The notes under the pieces were generated by a model. It worked only from the letters and a program-made list of their open reading frames with translations, was not told where the DNA came from and made no database searches. Below are positions 56,037 to 64,000 of a stretch of 64,000 nucleotides of DNA, in pieces (the stretch's first letter is position 1; each line of letters begins with the position of its first letter). Both the position numbers and the translations under genes were made by a program. Source of the stretch: Lama guanicoe (Eukaryota); the NCBI GenBank assembly GCA_013239625.1, contig MU054187.1, positions 9,879,231-9,943,230 of the forward strand, read 5' to 3'.

Positions 56037-56135
56037 ATGGCTGATAATTTGGATGAATTTATTGAAGAGCGAAAAGCCAAATTGGCTAAAGACAAAGCGG
56101 AATTGGAAAGTGATCCACCTTACATGGAAATGAAG
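56037..56135 (+). CDS. CSPP1: CSPP1 first ATG-containing exon (exon starts 56027)
   Basis: [34 protein letters not shown]-tract TAG acceptor, AAAATGG Kozak, AAG|GTAAAG donor. Confidence 0.95.
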
Positions 56136-58006
56136 GTAAAGTTAATCATTTTCTTCTAACATGTTTTACTAAAATTGTCTCTGAAGATTAGCCCTCTTTA
56201 AATGCAAAACATTCTCTTCTATGAGTGAGAAATCTTTTGTTTCCTTCTTTAGGTTAGCTGTGCTGTCATTCTAATTCTGCGAGTCTAACTGTGGACAAGA
56301 TTCAGTAATTTTGGTTGCAGTTTTTCTTTTGTGGTGTTTTGTATCTCGCAGTTTCTCCTCTCTCTTACTAGAGTTTTAATTAATAATTTATGTGCTTCCT
56401 AAAATAATTAGGAGACTAGTTCTAGTACAAGGAACTTTCAGAATATAAACAGAGTAGATATAAAAGCAAGTTCTCATATTCTGTGTGAAAAGGTTCAATT
56501 TTTAAATGAATCAATATCTTAAACATTTTTGAAATCTGCAAAAGTGAGTTTGTTACAGTAGCTTCCTTTGTTTTGTGTATTTACTTTCCAGAATATAAAT
56601 TTGTTAAAATGTTTCTGAAAGCAGTGTCTAAAAAAGCTTTTTTAAAGCTTTCCTAATTTTAATTGAATTAATTTTAATTAATTAATTTTAATTCATTTAG
56701 CAAATACTTACTGAGACTGTGCTGGGTACTGTGCTAGGGTCTGAGAATATAGCACTGATCTAGGCAGATGTGGCACTTTGTCTCATGGGTTCAGTGTATG
56801 TAATAAGATACAGGATGTAGATTAATTGTGCCATATGGTCCATCCTAATTAGAGTAACCGTATATTGGTTTGCCCAAGACATTCTGCTTTGCTTGTCCCA
56901 GTGTCTCATCTGGTTTAGGATTTGTCCTGGACAAGGTATTCTGATTGAAATGGTAAGTAATATGGACATCCTAATTATAAAGGAATTTTACTTATATAGC
57001 TAACATTTATTGTATGCTAACTGTGGATGAGATTGCATCGATACTTTGCATGAATCTGTGAAATAAGTACTGTTACTATTGTCATTTTTCAAATGAGTAA
57101 ACTGAGACATGGTGAAGTAAAGTAATGAAACCTAGGTGATAGAGTTAGTAGAACTAGGCTTTGATCCCTGACAACCTGAATCTAGTGCTTATTAACCATC
57201 ACACTAGTTTGCCTTCCTTCCATAATATCTGCCATGTACAAGGTGTTGTGCCAATTACTTTACATGTATTATCTCATTTAATCGTAATATCCCTATTAAG
57301 TAGGCCAAATTTTTGTTGTTGTTGTTATACAGATCCAGAAAATGAAGCTTACAGGGGTTAAGTAATTTGTCCAGGTACAGACAGTCTTGGATTCCAGGTT
57401 GGAACCTTCATGTGTCAACTCCACAGTTTATGCTCTTAACCATTCTCCAGTAGTTAGGACTGACTGACAGAGTTTGGTGAGAGTTATTAAATAGCTTTAA
57501 ATACAGCTTTATTGTAATTTCTAATATTAAATAGTAGGTAGATAATAATCTTAGTTCAAGTATCACCCACTCAGTGAGATCTTGCAATCCCTCCCCCATC
57601 ATTTCTTGGCTTCCTTACACTGTTCTACTTTTTTCTATCACTACACATTTCATTACATAATCTACATATTATGTAACCTAATTACACATTATATTTATTG
57701 TTTGTCTCCATTGTAGTTTATAAGTTTTACGATGGCAGAGATTTTTGTGTATTTTTTTCACTCCTGTTTCCAATGTCTGGGACAGTGCCTGGTAGGAACT
57801 CAGTGACTATCTGTTGACAAAGAAATGAGCTAAATGATAGAACACTGCAGTGTTAAATACCTTTGGTTGACTCCTCAAGCCTTACACTTATTCTTCTATG
57901 GAGCACTGTGTAATTTCATCAAGTTTAATACAAGTGCTGAGGTTAATTGTACATTTTGTAGGGTTTTTTCCCTCCTCTGCTTTTGTAAATATTATGTCTC
58001 TTTCAG

Positions 58007-58106
58007 GGAAAGCCATCAGAGAAGCTTTCTGAAAACAGTAAAATGCTAATCTCCATGGCTAAGGAAAACATACCACCAAACAGTCAACAGACCAGGGGTT
58101 CCTTAG
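58007..58106 (+). CDS. CSPP1: CSPP1 exon 3
   Basis: [33 protein letters not shown]; 100 nt; CAG/GTATGT. Confidence 0.95.
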
Positions 58107-59024
58107 GTATGTCATTAGGTATGCTAAACTGATTTTAAGATATTCTTAGCATGCTGTCGTGAAAAAACTTTGTCTTGTCAGAAAAAAAGATAATTTTGGA
58201 ATCCTAGTAACTCCTTTCTGGAGTCTTAGATGTGACAGTGTGGTCTACATATGAAATATAATGTATACTGAGAACCTTGTACCCATTTTAGCTGTTATTT
58301 CCTTGGTTATGATTTGTGGAAATCATAGCACTAAGTATATATCAAAATTATAAATTTTGAATGGAATTTGTGTGTGTGTGAGAAAGTGTGTTAATTGTTG
58401 AATAAAAATGCTGGACTTGATTTATCAAAGAAATGTGCTTAAAGGATGCAGAGTGCTATATGGTAAAAGACCATTTTAATTACTGATGACTATACTGGAA
58501 TTGTAAAGAAGTTAGTACTTAGCTATATCGAGTCTTTCATTGTGGTTTGGTATGAAAATATTTGAAAACTTTTTACCTCATTTTGGTTTATTGGTAGGTA
58601 TACTTTTTTTAAAAGAAGATATGTGAATATTTAAAAGGTATATCGTGAATTATTGATGACATCAAACTTTTTCACATTAGGAAGTCAAATATGATGAGTT
58701 CATTTGGTTAAAACATTGTTCTCATGTGGACTGTTTTTCATGACTGTGGGTTTACTTCTAAATTGTTAGCTACTTTGGGTTGGTATTCCATTGGAATTGC
58801 AATGGGATGTTGGCCAAGAGAGTTAGTTAGTGGGCTCTCTGTCTTTACTAGAAAAACAGTAACAATTTCAGAGGCAAAGTTTACCCATTTTTCAGGCAAA
58901 GAGCATTTCAATTTTGTACACTTCCAAAAAATAGATAAAAATAAATACTGTTTCACTAATTAATCCAGAATAATCTTGCTACAACATTGATAAAACACAA
59001 TATAAGAAAGAAAAAGTTCTGAAT

Positions 59025-59144
59025 ATATGTGTGTGTGTGTGCTTGCATGACTGGAACATTGTGCTGTACACCAGAAATTGACACGTTGTAACTGATGGTA
59101 CTTAAATAAAAAAATTAAAAAATAAGAAAAAAGAAAGAAAAAAA
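59025..59144 (+). mobile_element. Young 5'-truncated L1 3' end with A-rich tail
   Basis: TGCATGACTGGAACATTGTGCTGTACACCAGAAATTGACAC is the near reverse complement of 15213-15253. Confidence 0.75.
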
Positions 59145-62100
59145 CCCAGCTCAAAGTGAATGCCATACTTTCAGTATCAGGTATATAAATAACACTTGTT
59201 TTGATTCTGTTACAAATTGCTGTGTAATATACAGCTTTAGTGAATTTAAACATTATATTTTGGTTAAGTGCCTTAATCTCTAAGGCCCTCAATTTCTTTA
59301 TCTGTCAGGTGAGAATTCTACCAGTGAACTACCAATGCCAGTCTGTAACATAAACAAGCTGGATTATCTTCTGGCTCTAAATTTTTATGGTAAAAGTAAT
59401 AAAAGGGTAAAATTGTCCTACAGGAAACAAGAAGCCTTTTTAGCTCCCTCACTTCTAAACTTTTGGTACTCCAGGAGTCCGTCTATAACATTTGCAGTCC
59501 CTAGGTATTTTTATCCACTCACCATTTCCAGGCAGTATCTCTCGCTCGTATCAAAATGCCATTTGGTCTGCGTTTCATCATTCCAGGCTCTAAAATGCAC
59601 TAGATTTATTTTAGCTTTCATGCTCTGAAGTCATATTTTGGAAATCTGCAAGCAAAGATTACAGATTAACAAAGTAAGATAAAGAGATTTTATTCTTGTT
59701 ACTAGAAATTATTTGGTACCATTTTGAAAAATTCATTTAAAATACAATATGCTTATGGAAATTTGGAAAAGAATTTTAAGAAAGGAAAATTATATTGTTT
59801 TAATTTAAAAATATCAGGAAGCAACAGAAGAATTTCACATTGCAGAGTTGCTCTAGAGTTTAGACTAAGCTAAAAAGTGAGTTAATTTAAAGATTTTGGA
59901 AAATAGACAAAAGGAAGTTGATTTTTTAAAATTTTTAATTGTGCTCTAAATTGTCCATCCTTTTAGTCTTAGTTTTCTCTTACTACAAACTAGACATTTT
60001 ACCTCTTCTGTTCAGTTTGTACAAGTCAAATGAGTCCTTTGTAATAGTATCTTTATAGCTAAAATTTGAACAATGTTCTCAGTTAAAGTAGCCACGTCTC
60101 TTGACAAGTCACCTGCTTATGGAAAGGCTTATTATTATTTCCTATAATTTGTCCTTTGATTATTTTTACATAATACTCCCTCCTGGTAATACAGTAATGA
60201 AAAGGAGAAACTAAGTGTTCCATGGTAATTTGTTTTGTAAAATATTTATTATGAGTACTATGCTAGAATATACATTTTTAAAAAATGATACACTATAGTT
60301 TAAAATATTTAACCCACAGTCACTGTAGAAACCAAATACTTCCAATTGATGTAGTTCTGAAGCATAATGTTAACTGTCTTAGAGTCACTGATGTTGTACT
60401 TGGTGAAGTGACATCACTTCAAATGACCCTAAGATGACACTAATGCTTTACTTGCCACTAGAACCATCAGAAGACAGCTGCTCTGAAAAAGTAAGTCTCA
60501 CCATATTTCTCAGCTCATTTTTAGTTAGGATGCCATTGTTAATGCATAAAGTGAACAGAATATTTAAATAGTTCCATACAGTTCTTAATTTTATTTCTAT
60601 GACCTACCTCTAATACCATACAATATTGGTACCAGATAACAAAAATAATTAAAAAGTTAGTATTTTCTGTTGATTAAACCTTAATAAAGGGTTAAGTACT
60701 TCTGAAGGCATTATGTATTCTTATTTGTCTTTTAAGACAGTTATTACAAATACTATTTGAATCTCTAGTTAAAAGCAGATACTCTTGATAAATAAAATTG
60801 AACTTCATATGAACAGTAATTATAAATGAAAATGAACCAGATTTTCCTTTCTTTTCTTCCACATAAACCCACCAAGCAGAGTTGAAAATCAGCAGTAAAA
60901 GCCACACATGGCTTTTCAAGAAGCTGTAAATTACTTGTTCCCTGAGCGGGATAGCTGAGCATATTGGGAGGCATCAGACTTGTAGCATTGTTTTCTTTTC
61001 CTCCTTGACACAATAGAGCATCCATTGTGACTCTGTGTAGCTAGAGTTACGTAACTCTGGTTACTAGTTATTATGCCTGCTCTTTCTATGCAATCAGACC
61101 GCTAAAAGCAGAAATGAAATACTAAGAATAGTGTTTTCTCCCGATCCTTCCTCTTACTCAGGCATTCATTCATATGCTCATTTACACATTTATTCAGTGG
61201 ACATTTTTTGGCTATCAGTTTTGTGCCAGGCATTATAAAATTGAATAAAGCATGGACCTTGCCTTCATTGATTTTATAGTTTAATTTCATATGTGATATT
61301 CCATTCTGTGTGTGAGAATCAACACTATTTTTCTCTATAGGCTTTAATTCTGCATCTTTAAAAATAAGATTTTTAACTTCCCTTATGAGGAAAGAATGCC
61401 TTTCTAGGATGATTTAAAGTCCCAAGCATATAGAATGCTTTAGATTTTTTTGAAGGAGAGTTGGGAGCATGAGTGAGAGGTGTCCCTGAGAAACCCTCTG
61501 TTGTACTCTCTGTCATTAGGGGTTAAGTAGGCCAGAAGTGTTATCAGGAGAATTCAGGTGTTCATGGTGGAAAGGGGAATTTATTATTACATAAAAATCA
61601 GTAGCCACCCATTTATATTTATACTTTCTGAAATATTTTAGTGATGTAATAAAGCAGTGATACGGCACTTTCATAAGTTCCCATCATTTAGGTGCATTGT
61701 GAGGAGTAAGGCTCAAAAAATGGTGATATCCTTATTGGTTTATTACCTATAGTCAGTTGTTTCATCTATATTTCTTGTAGCTGACTCTCTAAGGAAACTA
61801 TTTTGTTTAGAAATAATTTTTTATACTGTAGTATTGCACAGTAGGACTAAAAAAAGGAAGAGGGGCTTCAGAAGCTGAAATACTTACCTCTGTGCTTCTT
61901 GACATAGTATTTTACTACTAAAATATTCAAAAAGTATATACTTTGATTTTAACAGTTTTATTGAGATATAATTTACATACCATAAAATTTACCCATTTAA
62001 ATTGTACAACTCAGTGGTTTTCAGTATATTTACAAGTTTGTGCAGCCATCACTGTTGTCATCATCTGAAAATGTGATTTGATTGTGGAGTCTTGAGTAAG

Positions 62101-62149
62101 GAAACCTTACCCAAAATGGAAGTTTTTCTTAAAAAATTAAGATTATTTT

Positions 62150-62305
62150 ACATAGTTTCTGTTTGGGATGATGCAAAAACTCTGGAAATGGATAGTGGTG
62201 GTGGTTGTACAACATTTTGAATGTCCTTAATGCCAGTGAATTGTATGCTTAAAAATGGTTAAAATAGGAAATATAATATTTGTATATTTTATCACAATAA
62301 AAATT
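62150..62305 (+). mobile_element. L1MB-like 3' end
   Basis: GTTTCTGTTTGGGATGATG...CTGGAAATGGATAGTGGTG...CACAATAAAAA. Confidence 0.7.
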
Positions 62306-62884
62306 AATATTCATTTATATGACATCAGAATTGGTAGCTTAACTTTAAAAGTTTTTGGAAATTTCAGCCTAAGCCATGCATGGCCCTAATAATTTTTTTT
62401 AAAACATGTTATGACAAGATATATATTAAAAAGATCACATTATTTTCACAGATTTAAAAACAGACATTAAAATTGTTTTAGGTATTTTAAGAGAAATTTT
62501 AGTAGAACTAAGAAGTAAAGGTAATTGACTTTAATTTTACTGTCTTTCAAAACGCAAGATGCCAAACAATGCAGAACCATTTATGGAAAGGGAGAAGTAA
62601 ATATAATACACTCCTATCTGTTTATACATGTATAAAAAGTCTCTGTAAGAAGACACAGATACAGTAATGTTGGCTGTTCTGGGCAGGAACTGGGTGGCTG
62701 GGATTCATGGGTAGGGGGGATATTTTCCATTATGTGAATATATTACATGTTGAAACAGTTCAAATAAAAAATTGCCCTGATCCAAGTCTCAGAATCAACA
62801 TGACTGTGTTCCTTCCTACTGTGGTTTGTTACAGGAGATTGTACTGAAGTTGAGATTGGTTTGAAAATGAGCTATGTTGCTTAA

Positions 62885-63025
<141 letters not shown>

Positions 63026-63754
63026 TAGTTTGGTTTTATGCTTCAGAATTTACCTCCTGAGTTTGTTTTCCTAAGGTTTTAGTCATATGCATTAGGTTTT
63101 AGGTTTTTAATGGTATCTAGCAATGGGGTATTGTAATTAATTGACATATATGGCATCTATCAATGCCATATAGATAGAGAAAAAAATGGTGCTGAGAGCC
63201 AGTGCCAGGGAATAACACAGACTCTTGACCTTTGAAGTGGGGCAGTGGGTTCTAATTTCAAATGAGATTTTAACTTCTGGTGGTTTGTGTTTTCTATAAA
63301 GTTGTCATGGTTTAAAATAGCCCAGTTATGATTTCTTACTCCTCTACTCCCCTCAGCCGTGTATTAAAAGGACATGTGGAGTTCTAGTTGCTAATTATTT
63401 TCCTGTGAGCTAAGTTTATAAAACTTCATTTAGCGTATTTACATAACCACCAAAGTCTTTGCTTTATGATTTAATGTGGTTACTTAGAGAAACTCTTGTT
63501 TTAAGTATATTTTTAAAATTATAATAGTTAAGCTAATGATTTATTGTAAATTTTAAAATGCAGTTTACTTATTAGGTTATAAATTTATTTTAAACAGTCA
63601 TCATGTTTCTAGTCATCCCAAGATATTCTATAGTTACTTTACTACTTTATAATGTTTATTCCAAATGTTTAAATGGTCTCTAATTCTGATTTGCACATGG
63701 AAAGAAAGAACTTCGAATACATTTTATCAATGATTTGTTTCCCTTGACTTTTAG

Positions 63755-63778
63755 GGTATTACACAAGCAAAAAAAAAG
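63755..63778 (+). CDS. CSPP1: CSPP1 24-nt microexon; gene continues beyond right edge
   Basis: GITQAKKK (recalled human GITQGKRK); TTTTAG acceptor, AAG|GTAGGG donor; phase 0-0. Confidence 0.85.
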
Positions 63779-64000
63779 GTAGGGTTGCCTGCAAAATGTT
63801 CTTCTTTAATTTTTTTTGTTTGTTTTAGGTGTAGTGGCTTGTAATCATTTGCATTTATGATTGTTACTCTCAAACTAATAAGAAAAGTAGCTTCATTTTA
63901 TGGTTCAGAGACTTTTGAATGGTACCGTTTTGCATCCTTGCTTTTAGCAAAATGACCATCTATATGAGTTTCCATTGATACAGTCAAGCATTCTTTTTGA

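Overview
Mammalian genomic DNA, AT-rich and repeat-rich. The young tRNA-derived SINE and L1 3' ends suggest a cetartiodactyl, probably a camelid (inference). The window holds the PPP1R42 - COPS5 - CSPP1 block. PPP1R42/LRRC67 lies on the minus strand: non-coding exon 1 at a small CpG promoter near 20.4 kb, then five coding exons running off the left edge. COPS5/CSN5/JAB1 is complete on the minus strand: 8 coding exons, 1005 nt, 334 aa, intact JAMM motif. CSPP1 starts on the plus strand: CpG-island exon 1 and four coding exons, the last a 24-nt microexon. All coding exons have GT-AG boundaries and compatible phases. The rest is L1, L2, MIR, LTR and DNA-transposon relics. No new multi-gene system can be supported. 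The most notable observations are a TSD-flanked tailless 5' half of tRNA-His, a MAASGV uORF mirroring the COPS5 N-terminus, loss of the human CSPP1 N-terminal extension, two small TSD-flanked retro-inserts, and a possible decayed gene between COPS5 and PPP1R42. Ortholog and repeat-family comparisons are from recall, not database searches; repeat boundaries are approximate unless TIRs or TSDs are quoted.
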